A stretch of 64,000 nt of DNA from Bacteroidales bacterium (GTDB lineage: Bacteria > Bacteroidota > Bacteroidia > Bacteroidales > VadinHA17), in the NCBI GenBank assembly GCA_007132995.1, contig SLNP01000023.1, positions 618-64,617 of the forward strand. The letters run 5' to 3'. Shown here piece by piece: positions 50,890-60,928 of this stretch. The translations under genes were made by a program, and so were the position numbers. Under the pieces are notes generated by a model. It did no database searches. It saw only the letters and a program-made list of their open reading frames with translations, and was not told the origin of the DNA. Position 1 is the stretch's first letter. The number at the start of each line of letters is the position of its first letter.

Positions 50890-51554
50890 GCGATGTTACG
50901 ATAGAGAGTAGCTGGAGAGAGCCACTTGCAGACCTTTTTCGCGATCCCTTTTTCGCCGATCTCACACAGTTTATTCGTTCCGAATACTCACACCACAGGA
51001 TATATCCGCCCGGTAGTCTCATATTCAATGCCTTCAACCTTTGCCCCTTCCCCTCTGTCAGGGTTGTCATAATCGGACAGGACCCCTACCATAACCCCGG
51101 TCAGGCTCACGGGCTCTCCTTTTCTGTTCCGGAGGGTGTTCCATTTCCGCCAAGCCTCAGGAACATATTTCGCGAGATAGAGAGTGATACCGGGAATACA
51201 CCATATCGATCAGGCGATCTTAGCCGGTGGGCTCAACAGGGAGTTTTACTCCTTAATGCCATATTGACTGTGAGGGAGAACAGTCCCGGGTCTCACCAGA
51301 ACCGGGGTTGGGAGAGGTTTACCGATTCAGTCATAGAGGTGATATCTGAGAGACACAACAATGTTGTATTTATGTTATGGGGGCGCTATGCCATAGATAA
51401 GGGCAAGAGTATTGACAGTTCCAGGCATCTGATTCTCACGGCACCACACCCATCTCCCCTCTCGGCATCAAGAGGCTTTTTTGGTAGCCGCCACTTCTCA
51501 TCATGCAACAGTTACCTGACATCCAAAGGGCGTAAACCTGTTGACTGGCGGTAA
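50886..51554 (+). CDS. ung: Uracil-DNA glycosylase (family 1)
   Basis: GQDPYH, GVLLLN, HPSPLS. Confidence 0.97.
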   Translation: MSDVTIESSWREPLADLFRDPFFADLTQFIRSEYSHHRIYPPGSLIFNAFNLCPFPSVRVVIIGQDPYHNPGQAHGLSFSVPEGVPFPPSLRNIFREIESDTGNTPYRSGDLSRWAQQGVLLLNAILTVRENSPGSHQNRGWERFTDSVIEVISERHNNVVFMLWGRYAIDKGKSIDSSRHLILTAPHPSPLSASRGFFGSRHFSSCNSYLTSKGRKPVDWR

Positions 51555-51572
51555 AGTAGCGTTGACATGACA

Positions 51573-52748
51573 CTAGTGTAGGGCAGTCAGCCCCCTCTCA
51601 ACGCACCCCTTGAGATGGTTCCACGATTCGAATCCCACTGACACCCTGATCATTCCGTGATCCGGATATTTATGTCCCCACACCGGCTCAACAGGCATCA
51701 TTATGGTATGGGGATCACCCAGTGTTGGTACAAGCTTTATGGTATCACTTACAGCTTCAAGAAAGATATCTCTCCTCTTTTTTTTATCATTTTCATCTTT
51801 CCCTGTAAGAGAGAAAGTTACCATTGCGCCGAATCCCCTCCCCTCAAAAGTTTTGGTGGCGGTTTGGTGTGTTACATGCCCTCTCAGTCCCGGATACCAT
51901 ACTGCCTCAGTGTGGGGCGACTTATCGAGAAGAGCCGCCAGCCCTGAGGCATTACTGCACTGGACCGGAAAGCGAAGGGGGAATGTCTGTAACTGTGTGT
52001 GAAACCTGTAGGCGTCATCTGCCGATATCATATGGCCAGTGTGTTTCCGGTATTCGATAGCCTCAGCCATTAACTCCCTGTTGTTTCCGCAAATAACCCC
52101 TGCTGTCAGATTACCATGCCCTGAGAGATATTTCGTCGCGCTGTGTACAACAATATCGGCTCCCATTTCAAGAGGCTTACAGAGATATGGAGTGGCAAAG
52201 GTGTTATCAACTATTACAGGAATATCTCTCTCTTTACAGAGCTCTATCAACTGTTGGGCATCTGCTACAATAAGTAGCGGATTGCTTATGGTTTCAAAAA
52301 AGAAGAGGTCGGGCTTAACCCTATCCAGCTCAGCTTTCAGTATCTCAGCGCTGATCCTCCCATCAACAGGCTCTATCATCGGAGTATCGATACCTCTTCG
52401 TGCCCTGAGCACTGACTCTATGTAATATATGGTACCTCCGTATATCTCACTTGAGAATAGCCATCTGTTGCTCTTGCCGCCTCTCTGGAAAATCGAGAGG
52501 GCTACATCTATGGCAGCCATTCCTGATTGTGTCAGAAGAGCCCACTCTGAGCCTTCTGTTTTCATAACCTCCTCTTCGGCAGCTACCACCGTTGGGTTCC
52601 TGTAACGGCTATATATATAATGATGTGGCGTTCTGCTGTTCTCATTCTCCATTCTGAATGCGTCGGACATCTCCGAGGGGCTGTCAAGAATAAAACCGGT
52701 GTCTCTGTATACCGGTATCCTGCTACTCTTTGGACCTGATTTTTTCAC
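51573..52748 (-). CDS. PLP-dependent Cys/Met metabolism (transsulfuration) enzyme
   Basis: YSRYRNPT, SGMAAI, VDNTFATP, HSATKYLSGH, RVSVGFE. Confidence 0.9.
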   Translation of the reverse strand: MKKSGPKSSRIPVYRDTGFILDSPSEMSDAFRMENENSRTPHHYIYSRYRNPTVVAAEEEVMKTEGSEWALLTQSGMAAIDVALSIFQRGGKSNRWLFSSEIYGGTIYYIESVLRARRGIDTPMIEPVDGRISAEILKAELDRVKPDLFFFETISNPLLIVADAQQLIELCKERDIPVIVDNTFATPYLCKPLEMGADIVVHSATKYLSGHGNLTAGVICGNNRELMAEAIEYRKHTGHMISADDAYRFHTQLQTFPLRFPVQCSNASGLAALLDKSPHTEAVWYPGLRGHVTHQTATKTFEGRGFGAMVTFSLTGKDENDKKKRRDIFLEAVSDTIKLVPTLGDPHTIMMPVEPVWGHKYPDHGMIRVSVGFESWNHLKGCVERGLTALH

Positions 52749-52855
52749 CTTGATTATCTCTTTATAAGTTGGTTATGTAGTCTCTAAGCTCTTTACGGCC
52801 TGTTAAATGATCTCTGCCATCACGATACCTAACCGGTGCTTAGTGGCCATAGCAG

Positions 52856-52890
52856 AAAAATAAAAGAGACCCCCTGAAGGGGTCCCTTTC
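52856..52890 (-). terminator. Intrinsic terminator
   Basis: Minus strand AAAGGGACCCC-TTCAG-GGGGTCTCTTTT followed by further U residues. Confidence 0.85.
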
Positions 52891-52955
52891 AACAACCTAA
52901 CCTAACCAATCGAATCATAACCACTCTGTGAGTGAAATTAATCACAATTGTACAG
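52856..52955 (-). ncRNA. Candidate ~100-nt small RNA (or 3'UTR/leader)
   Basis: ECF-like promoter upstream (GAACC...TGTTATA), GGTTA-repeat body, strong terminator. Confidence 0.4.
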
Positions 52956-52995
52956 GTATAACAGACGGCTGCCAAAAAGGTTCACTGCAGGGACA

Positions 52996-53397
52996 CTATT
53001 CGTCTATGAGGGGCTCTTCGGGTATAACCCGCGCAATAGCCAGCTTCCTGTGGTCAAACACCTCAATAAAGACCTCATAGGTAAATCTCCCCTTGCCCAG
53101 AACAACTTCGTAGTTATAGTTTACCGGACCAGTGGAAAAGGTCTCCCCGTCAATAACGGCACTTATTTCAGCTACTCTGTAAGCCTTTTCAAAACGCCTG
53201 TATTCAGAAAGTTCTGCCGATTCGAGATTGCCGTACTCTTCAACTCCTCCTGAAGTATCTACGGTCAACTCTTCAAATGTCATATCACTCAGGTTTTTAA
53301 CCCTTACATCTGCAGGCCCTTCCGGCGAGTCCTCCTCCTTCTTGCAGCCTGCAAGGGCGAGAGCGATAACTATTACTGTGAGGATTGTAGTTCTCAT
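52996..53397 (-). CDS. Lipoprotein of unknown function, probably surface-exposed
   Basis: Lipobox LAGC followed by KKEED, matching the Bacteroidetes K-(D/E)-rich export signal. Confidence 0.8.
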   Translation of the reverse strand: MRTTILTVIVIALALAGCKKEEDSPEGPADVRVKNLSDMTFEELTVDTSGGVEEYGNLESAELSEYRRFEKAYRVAEISAVIDGETFSTGPVNYNYEVVLGKGRFTYEVFIEVFDHRKLAIARVIPEEPLIDE

Positions 53398-53589
53398 AAT
53401 GAGCATTTTTGCCAACAACACCCAAATATAGCTATTATTTCTCTCCGGCTCACCTGTCATGCAATTTTTACCCTCTGAGCATATTTCAGAACCCCATTGA
53501 TACGGCTACCTTGACGCTATTGCAGGGCGGTACAGATGGAAGTGATATCAGTTTAGCCATATCTGTTGCTGACTTTCAGAGATGGCCTC

Positions 53590-54369
53590 CTACAGTGACT
53601 CCATACTGTCCCGGGGCACCCAGCCCCTGTTGCCGTCCGGGAGTATAATTTCGGTCCATTCTCCCAGAGTCTCTTCCCTCTTCACCTTGATACCCTCGTG
53701 CAGAATGAACAGCTCACGCCCCGTCTCCGATGGGCTGCTCCTTCCGGTAACCAGAGTCTCTGTAACAACAGCATATCGGCTGTTGTATACCAGATTCCTG
53801 TTGTGCCGTGACAGAAGCAGAGTTATTGACGAAGCAGCTATCATAAACAGTGCGGCCGGGAAAAGGACCATTCTCCAACCCCTCTTCTTCAGAAAGAGGG
53901 CCACCATTGCTGATGTGAGAGCCAGTAGAAAAAGGGCGAGTGATATCAGGGCCCAGTTGTCAGAGCTTAAAATCAGTGCTGAGGTATCGGTCCATCTCCG
54001 GAAAAAGGGGGGAGGAACCTCTGTGAAGCGTACCCTGATATGGCTGCCTGCAATTTCGAGATTCTCTCTGGCCTCATCACTGAATGGCCTGCGCAGCAGA
54101 GCCCTCTCGTAGAATAGTATCGCCATAGCGATATTATCCATCTGAAACCACGCGTTGCCGATATTGTACAGTAGATCATGATTGTCATATCCGGCATCAT
54201 ATAGCTCCATCCAGTTTACCAGAGCCTCTCTGTAGTCCTCATTACGGTAGTTCTCAACACCTGTGGCAAACAGCTCAGCAGGGCCTCCCCTCTCATGGAC
54301 AGATGAAGAAACGGCTGCATCAGACAGTATCAGTGTAATGACAGTTGTTATGATAGCTCTGTATTTCAT
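53590..54369 (-). CDS. batE: BatE (TPR-TM-SH3)
   Basis: YNIGNAW, YERAL, LHEGIKV...GWV; last gene of the bat cluster. Confidence 0.9.
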   Translation of the reverse strand: MKYRAIITTVITLILSDAAVSSSVHERGGPAELFATGVENYRNEDYREALVNWMELYDAGYDNHDLLYNIGNAWFQMDNIAMAILFYERALLRRPFSDEARENLEIAGSHIRVRFTEVPPPFFRRWTDTSALILSSDNWALISLALFLLALTSAMVALFLKKRGWRMVLFPAALFMIAASSITLLLSRHNRNLVYNSRYAVVTETLVTGRSSPSETGRELFILHEGIKVKREETLGEWTEIILPDGNRGWVPRDSMESL

Positions 54370-54376
54370 TGCTTAA

Positions 54377-56218
54377 TCAGTTTAATCTTTTCTCCAGATC
54401 CCGTATTATTTCGGCCGTTTCTGAGTAGAGGCTCTTTGCCTCTGCTACCGGTTCAACCGATGCATATCTGGCCATTTCACATCTATCAACCACTCGTCTG
54501 AGACGATCTGTTAAATCAACCTCCACATTGGCCGATACCAGTACGCTATTAATCTTTTCGCCTGTCAGTTCTGACACCGGAATATTAAACTTATCGCCTA
54601 TATAGCCCCAAAGAGCCTTTAATATCTCCTCATAAAACCTGTCTGTTTCGTCATTCTGAAGTGCATTAAAGGCGCTTTTCAATCTCGATCTTGCAACTCC
54701 ACCGGCCTTTCTGTTAATAAGCCGTACCCTGTCGGAGTCCCGTTTAATCTTCTCTCTTCTTACAACTACCACTATAATAAAGGCAAGCGCAGCCACTCCG
54801 TAGAGAGAGTAGAAGCCCCTTTTTGAGACGAGCAGATCCCTTTGCACTGAGAGAGAGCCGGTTGAGGTTCTGATATATCTTATGTCCCTGCCCAGGTAGC
54901 GCATATCCTCTGCCCTGGTGAAGTCAGAATGGGAGGGTCTCTCTTCATCGCCTGTACCCCGCCTCACATGTATGTTGATGGGCGCTTGCGTTACAGTCCT
55001 GTAGGTTCCCGATTCGGGTTCAAAAAAATGGTAGTTGATAGCGGGTATCTGAAAGTCTCCGCTCTGTCGCGGAATCAACAGATATTCAAAGCTCTTCACA
55101 CCCCTGGTTAATCCGGTGGCGGCTTCTGCCCTGTCTATGTTAACCTGCGGATCGTAAGCCTCAATAGTTTCAGGAAATGCGATATCCGGAGCCTCTGCCA
55201 TACGGAGGTTTCCCCTGCCCGATAATCTTACGCGCAGGGTAACAGCCTCATTAACCGAGAGGGTGTCCCGGTCTGCTCTTGCCTCTATCGTAAAATCACC
55301 AACACTGCCCCGGAACCGGTCAGGGCTGCCCCCGGGCAGCGGAAGCACCGTTATTGTCACCCCCTCCCCCTTAACAGCTCTGGGTACCGATGAGAAAGAT
55401 CTGAATATATCGCCGAAAAAGGGGTCGGAAACAGGAGCCCTCTCCCTTACCTGGACGGTAAGGCGTACAGGTTCAATCTCTATTTCACCGCTCATCTGCG
55501 GGTAGAGCATAAATCTCTGCAGGGTGCCCCTGCCGTATATTGTACCATCGATATTGACTCTCTCAAGCGATCTTAAAGCCGGAGTCTCTAAATCCTCTCT
55601 CATGAATCCGGTAAATGAGGGGTATTGTATTTCTGATATTCCGGATATATCTATGCGTGAGTATATATTAACCTCTACAACAAAAGGTTCACCTACCCAT
55701 ACCCGGCTTTTTTGGGGTTCCACCCTGATAAATATATCACCATCGCGGGCTCCGGTGGCATCCCTTCTCCCCTCTTCGCCCCTAATATCAGTTCTGCCCT
55801 CCTGATCGGGTACAACCTCAATAGAGAGCTCTTCAGACCTGTAAACCTTATCATTTCTCTCAAAAGTTGCAGCAGCAATGGTATACTTACCCTCTTCCAT
55901 CGCCTGCAGCCTGTAGGTATAGCTATATGAGATTTCACTGCTTCTTCTTCCGTCAACAATTCGGGTACTTTGACTATATGAGATATGGGGCCCGCTTATA
56001 CGATAGAAATTGTCAAAAGAGGGGGCCGAGAAGTCGCCACCACTCCGGTTAACTGTGTAGACAACCTGAAAGGTCTCTCCCACTGCAACAACTCGCGGAT
56101 AGTTGACCGTGAAAGAGATCTCCTGTCCGGACGCCAATGCATATGGTATAAATGCTGCAAAGAGCAGAACTCCTCTCAGCAGCCTTCTTATTGCTATATA
56201 TGTGCTATAGTGCTGCAT
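54377..56218 (-). CDS. batD: BatD
   Basis: VAVGETF, GSVGDF, GRGNL, DIRYI; cluster position. Confidence 0.9.
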   Translation of the reverse strand: MQHYSTYIAIRRLLRGVLLFAAFIPYALASGQEISFTVNYPRVVAVGETFQVVYTVNRSGGDFSAPSFDNFYRISGPHISYSQSTRIVDGRRSSEISYSYTYRLQAMEEGKYTIAAATFERNDKVYRSEELSIEVVPDQEGRTDIRGEEGRRDATGARDGDIFIRVEPQKSRVWVGEPFVVEVNIYSRIDISGISEIQYPSFTGFMREDLETPALRSLERVNIDGTIYGRGTLQRFMLYPQMSGEIEIEPVRLTVQVRERAPVSDPFFGDIFRSFSSVPRAVKGEGVTITVLPLPGGSPDRFRGSVGDFTIEARADRDTLSVNEAVTLRVRLSGRGNLRMAEAPDIAFPETIEAYDPQVNIDRAEAATGLTRGVKSFEYLLIPRQSGDFQIPAINYHFFEPESGTYRTVTQAPINIHVRRGTGDEERPSHSDFTRAEDMRYLGRDIRYIRTSTGSLSVQRDLLVSKRGFYSLYGVAALAFIIVVVVRREKIKRDSDRVRLINRKAGGVARSRLKSAFNALQNDETDRFYEEILKALWGYIGDKFNIPVSELTGEKINSVLVSANVEVDLTDRLRRVVDRCEMARYASVEPVAEAKSLYSETAEIIRDLEKRLN

Positions 56219-56225
56219 CTTTATG

Positions 56226-57002
56226 CTACCAGTTAATTAAAGATCTGACCCTGTCGGCTGTCGCCCTCCTCTTCAATACCTCTTCCTGTATCCGCTGCTC
56301 ATTGGCAGTAAGAGCTTCAAGCAGTCTTCTGGCATCTTCATCTGACATTACGCGCTCCTCTCCGTCTCTCTCCCTCTCTCTCTCTCCTGGGTTATCACTG
56401 CTATCTCCCTGTTGTTCCTGTCCCTCCTCCGGTTGGTCGCCGGCCTGATCCTTATCATCCTCTCCACGGTCCTGGTCTTCGTCGCCGCTCTCATCACCTT
56501 CATCCTGCTGCTGCTGCTGCTCTTGCTGTTGCTTCTGTTCCTCAAGCAGGTCTTGTGCAAAGGCAAGGTTAAATTTGGCCTCTCTATTTGACGGATTTAT
56601 TCTCAGGGCGTTCTTGTAGGCTTCGATACTTTCAATCAGGTTGCCGCTACTCAGGTGTGCATTTCCCATATTGAAGTACCCTTTCTCTCTTTTAGCAGCA
56701 TCATCTGAAGCAGATATGCTTCTTTCCCACGCCGATACGGCATCATCAAATCTTTGCTGGCGGTAAATGGCACTACCAAGATTGAAGAGTGTCACCGGCA
56801 GATTACCACCCGCTTCAGCTGCCCTTCTGTAGGCTATTTCAGATTCTACAAAGTTATCTGCCCGGTACAGCCTGTTTCCCTCCCTTAGATGCCTCCTTTC
56901 CGGTTGCGAATAGAGGAGGTTGGGAATCATTGCGAAGGCTATCATAAATAGTATACTCCAGCCTCCGTATCTGCGCCAACACCTGAATAGCAACTGCTTC
57001 AT
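56226..57002 (-). CDS. batC: BatC (TPR with Q/E-rich tail)
   Basis: EGNRLY, YKNALRINP, Q/D/E-rich linker, terminal Trp. Confidence 0.9.
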   Translation of the reverse strand: MKQLLFRCWRRYGGWSILFMIAFAMIPNLLYSQPERRHLREGNRLYRADNFVESEIAYRRAAEAGGNLPVTLFNLGSAIYRQQRFDDAVSAWERSISASDDAAKREKGYFNMGNAHLSSGNLIESIEAYKNALRINPSNREAKFNLAFAQDLLEEQKQQQEQQQQQDEGDESGDEDQDRGEDDKDQAGDQPEEGQEQQGDSSDNPGERERERDGEERVMSDEDARRLLEALTANEQRIQEEVLKRRATADRVRSLINW

Positions 57003-58042
57003 TACACCTTTAGTTTAAAGAGTTTTATGCGGTTTATTCTGTTGTTTTTTCGGTTCATGGTGACACTATCTGCCAGAATAAGAAGAAGCGCAAAAGCTGC
57101 GAGATAGTGATAATGATCGTAGTATTCGGTAAATACTCTTCTATCATCGCTCTCTGCCTCTCCCCTCTCTACCTCGGAGTAGATCTCTCTGAGGCGGAGC
57201 CCGCTGTTAGAGGCCCTCACATACCTGCCTCCTGCTGTGGAGGCAATCTCTCTCAACATCTCCTCATCCAGGCGTGTCACAACAGTATTACCCTCATGAT
57301 CTTTCAGGAAGCTTCTATCTGCACCTGTACCGATGGGTATGGGCACCCCTTCAGGCGACCCTATTCCGACTGTGTGTATTACTATTCCACGATCTGCAGC
57401 CTCTTTAGCAGATGCAATCGGGTCATCATCATGGGTCTCCCCATCTGAAATGATTATTACCACCTTACTGCTCATCTCTGTCGGTGAGAATGATCTTGCA
57501 GCAAGATCTATAGCTCTCCCTATAGCGGTTCCGGGTACCGGCATTATATCTGTGCTTATTGCTGAAAGAAACATTCTGGCCGATACATGGTCAGCCGTAA
57601 CCGGCAGCTGAACAAAGGCGTCACCTGCAAAGAGTATAAGACCAACCCTGTCGTCACCAAGCTGATCAATCAGCCTTCTGATAGCCTGCTTTGACGCCTC
57701 AAGACGATTGGGTCTGATATCTTCGGCAAGCATCGACTTACTTACATCGAGCACTATTATTACCTCCGAGGCAGGCAGGGCTCTCTCTTCGAGTTTAGAT
57801 CCGTACTGTGGTCTGGCAGCGGCTATCACAACAGATATGTATGCTGCTGTTACAAGCAGGAATTTGACAGCGTTGCGCCCCGGTGAGCGGTCAGGTATCA
57901 GCCTCTTTATTATGTCACCCCTTCCAAATTTCGCCAGTGATCTGGTGGTTCTGTATCTGCTGATAATCCACAGAACCACGATCGGCGGTAGTGCCAGTAG
58001 ATAGTAGAGGTATTCCGGATTTGCAAACCTGAAAAGTTCCAT
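57002..58042 (-). CDS. batB: BatB (vWA)
   Basis: DVSKSM MIDAS, FAGDAFVQLP, SDGETH. Confidence 0.92.
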   Translation of the reverse strand: MELFRFANPEYLYYLLALPPIVVLWIISRYRTTRSLAKFGRGDIIKRLIPDRSPGRNAVKFLLVTAAYISVVIAAARPQYGSKLEERALPASEVIIVLDVSKSMLAEDIRPNRLEASKQAIRRLIDQLGDDRVGLILFAGDAFVQLPVTADHVSARMFLSAISTDIMPVPGTAIGRAIDLAARSFSPTEMSSKVVIIISDGETHDDDPIASAKEAADRGIVIHTVGIGSPEGVPIPIGTGADRSFLKDHEGNTVVTRLDEEMLREIASTAGGRYVRASNSGLRLREIYSEVERGEAESDDRRVFTEYYDHYHYLAAFALLLILADSVTMNRKNNRINRIKLFKLKV

Positions 58043-58055
58043 AGTCAATTTACTC

Positions 58056-59048
58056 TTAAGCTACTCTTTTCATTACCCCGTATCGTATCAAAAACCAGGC
58101 TAGTAGTGCTGCAATAGCAGCAGCAGCAAGGGGAAGGTACTCATCTTCCCTTCTGGAATACTCCCTCATTTCGATAACAGATCTCTCAAGCCTGTCTATC
58201 TCCTCATAGACATTTCTGAGAGCCTCGTTATCTGTCGCCCTGAAATAACTGCCTCCTGTTTTTTCGGCTATATACTTCAGTATCTCCTCATCGATGTCTG
58301 CCGGAATGTCCCTGTATTGTGTACCGAAAGGTGTCTGTATCGGATAGGGGGCCACACCCTCCGACCCCACCCCGATAGTGTAGATACGGATATCGAATAC
58401 CCTGGCCAGTTCGGCACCCATCTCAGGCGATATTTCACCCATGTTGTTCACTCCGTCGGTCAGAAGAATAATCACTTTGCTCGCGGCATCAGACTCTTTC
58501 AGTCTGTTTACTGCGGTGGCAATACCCATGCCTATTGCAGTTCCGTCGCGTATCATGCCGGGCCCCGCCTCCCTTAGCAGGTTAATCACTGTTGCATGAT
58601 CTGTTGTCAGAGGCACCTGGGTAAAACTCTCTCCACTGAATATCACTACTCCTATCCTGTCGTTACCACGACCCGATATAAATTCAACAGAGATATCCTT
58701 TGCCGCTTCTATCCTGTCAGGCTTGAGATCCTGTGCCAGCATACTTCCCGACACATCGAGAGCAATCATTATATCTATACCTTCGCTCTCAGACTCATGC
58801 CATCTGTCTGAAGAGTATGGTCTCGCTATTATCAATATCAGCAGGAGGGCTGTAACCGTTTTTAAGCCAAACAGTACATGCATGAGGTACTCTCTCCATG
58901 TTCGCTTCAGGTTTGAGAATTGCACCTCGGCCGGAAAAGTTACAGGGGGCTCTCCCCTCTTATGATTAACTATGTATATGATAACCATAAGAGGTATCAG
59001 CAACAGCAACACAAGAACCCATGGATATGTAAACTGAATATCTGTCAT
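58056..59048 (-). CDS. batA: BatA (vWA)
   Basis: DVSGSM MIDAS, GTAIGMG, LTDGVNN. Confidence 0.93.
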   Translation of the reverse strand: MTDIQFTYPWVLVLLLLIPLMVIIYIVNHKRGEPPVTFPAEVQFSNLKRTWREYLMHVLFGLKTVTALLLILIIARPYSSDRWHESESEGIDIMIALDVSGSMLAQDLKPDRIEAAKDISVEFISGRGNDRIGVVIFSGESFTQVPLTTDHATVINLLREAGPGMIRDGTAIGMGIATAVNRLKESDAASKVIILLTDGVNNMGEISPEMGAELARVFDIRIYTIGVGSEGVAPYPIQTPFGTQYRDIPADIDEEILKYIAEKTGGSYFRATDNEALRNVYEEIDRLERSVIEMREYSRREDEYLPLAAAAIAALLAWFLIRYGVMKRVA

Positions 59049-60052
59049 ACTCCTGGTCTGCTTCTCTCTTTCACCTGTTCACTCTTCCCACTCTCGTCCG
59101 CTCTTTCGGACAGGCGCTCCTTTCTGGTCTTTGAAACAAAGTTCCATGCATGCTCCATACATATTTCGCAGTCGGTATCCTCCGGCGTATGTTTTGCAAA
59201 CTTCACAAGGTCAGATAATGTAAGAATATCCTTCAGGCACTCTCCTACATCATCGAAGTTCATCTCCGACGATCCAAGCATAGCTAGAGTCTCTTCGCTG
59301 GTCGATTCCAGAGAGTTCAGACCATATCTGTTGTCAATATACTCCCGCACTATGAATGATATTCTTATAAAGTACTCCTTATACCGACCCTGCTGCCACA
59401 GCTTTTCGCTTCTCAGTTTTTCCAGGCTCCGGTATGCCAGAATATGAGCCGCCTCCGGAGGAACTATTTCTGCCTCAAGGCCCTCTGCTCTTCTCCCTCT
59501 TATATATTTCATTACAAGCCACAGGATAAAAAGGATGGCTGCAGTGAGAAGCATCCATGGCATAACCTCTCCGGGAGTCAATGGAGCCCGGTATGGTTCA
59601 ATAATATCATAGAATCCGGTTTCGGTATCAGGCGGAGCAATATCGGGTCTCTCAACCTTAATGTAGGCGTAGTCGGAATGGAAGCGCCTTATTGCACTTT
59701 CGGTATGCATCTCGGCATAGATCGGCCTCACCTCGTATCTGCCTGTATCAAAAGATGTTACCAGGTATCGGTGATATATTGCAAGCCTCTCTTCATCAAG
59801 ATACAGGGTGTCCTTATCAGGCCCTCTCAGAATCTCAATTCCATTTGTGAGGGTATCTTTCAGAGTGACCACTTCAAGAGATATACCGGCCGGTTGTTCT
59901 ATCCTGACACTGTATCCGACATGGTCTCCTATCGTTATATGTGTTGTATCGAAGAGAGAGGTTACCCTGATATCTTTGCCGATGGCAGATGATAACATCA
60001 CCAATTGCAGAATCATGATAATGTATGCCCCCTTTCTCATCAATCCTGTCAT
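59045..60052 (-). CDS. Bat-cluster membrane protein
   Basis: Signal peptide, Ig-like region, one TM, DLVKFAK motif; between DUF58 and batA. Confidence 0.8.
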   Translation of the reverse strand: MTGLMRKGAYIIMILQLVMLSSAIGKDIRVTSLFDTTHITIGDHVGYSVRIEQPAGISLEVVTLKDTLTNGIEILRGPDKDTLYLDEERLAIYHRYLVTSFDTGRYEVRPIYAEMHTESAIRRFHSDYAYIKVERPDIAPPDTETGFYDIIEPYRAPLTPGEVMPWMLLTAAILFILWLVMKYIRGRRAEGLEAEIVPPEAAHILAYRSLEKLRSEKLWQQGRYKEYFIRISFIVREYIDNRYGLNSLESTSEETLAMLGSSEMNFDDVGECLKDILTLSDLVKFAKHTPEDTDCEICMEHAWNFVSKTRKERLSERADESGKSEQVKERSRPGV

Positions 60053-60912
60053 CTTCTTTTAAAGAGATTCATTAATGGTTTTACATAGTCTTCATCTGTA
60101 CATATTTCGGCGTAGTCGACACCGCACTGACCGAGACGGGCGGCAGCGGTTCTGGTATGTTTTTGCCACCATTCGGCATATGCTTTCCTGTTGTAGCCGG
60201 AAGATGTATCAATAAACCTTTCGGCACCGGTTTCAGGATCTTTCATCTTTACAAGGCCGATATCTTTAAGTTCGGTCTCACCCCTGTCGTATACCCTTAC
60301 TGCAATAGCATCATGTTTTTCAGATGCAATTTGGAGTGGCCTGGTAAAATCCGGCAGAATAAAGTCAGATATAATAAATAGTACAGCCCTCTTTTTTATT
60401 GCATTTTTTACAAACCGGAGAGGTTCATCAAGAGATGAACCGTCCCTTTGAGGTTTAAAGCCAAGTATCTCCCTTATGATGCGCAATATGTGAGTTTTCC
60501 CCTTTTTTGGGGGGATAAATTTTTCGACCCTGTCGCTAAACAGTACAACTCCTATCTTATCATTATTTGATATGGCAGAGAAGGAGAGCAGAGCGGCTAT
60601 TTCGGTTATCATATCCCTCTTAAGTCTGCTATCTGTTCCGAACCCTCCCGACCCGCTCACATCAACCATAATTATTACGGTTAGCTCTCTCTCCTCTTCA
60701 TATACCTTTACGAAAGGGCTGTTCAGCCGTGCGGTCACATTCCAGTCAATTGTCCGTATATCATCCCCGTAAACATACTCCCTTACCTCACTGAAGGCTA
60801 TGCCGCGACCTTTGAAAGCGCTGAGGTACTGACCGGCAAATACCTGCCTGCTAAGACCCCTCGTCTTTATCTCTATCTTGCGTAGCTTTTTTATCAGATC
60901 GGTTGTTTCCAC
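60049..60912 (-). CDS. DUF58 / vWA protein
   Basis: FSEVREY..GDDIRTIDWNVTAR, EEEREL, DVSGS; GTG start. Confidence 0.92.
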   Translation of the reverse strand: METTDLIKKLRKIEIKTRGLSRQVFAGQYLSAFKGRGIAFSEVREYVYGDDIRTIDWNVTARLNSPFVKVYEEERELTVIIMVDVSGSGGFGTDSRLKRDMITEIAALLSFSAISNNDKIGVVLFSDRVEKFIPPKKGKTHILRIIREILGFKPQRDGSSLDEPLRFVKNAIKKRAVLFIISDFILPDFTRPLQIASEKHDAIAVRVYDRGETELKDIGLVKMKDPETGAERFIDTSSGYNRKAYAEWWQKHTRTAAARLGQCGVDYAEICTDEDYVKPLMNLFKRR

Positions 60913-60928
60913 TCTCAACACTCTCTCT

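Noticed and set aside
52749..52855. SAM riboswitch before the transsulfuration gene
   Set aside because: Neither the SAM-I nor the SAM-II consensus could be matched convincingly
52929..52944. Second copy of the candidate SOS box (GAAATTAATCA shared)
   Set aside because: Left half-site and spacing do not fit; likely chance in AT-rich sequence
56360..56540. CAG and GA repeats in batC as contingency loci
   Set aside because: Imperfect tracts encoding the low-complexity Q/E linker typical of BatC
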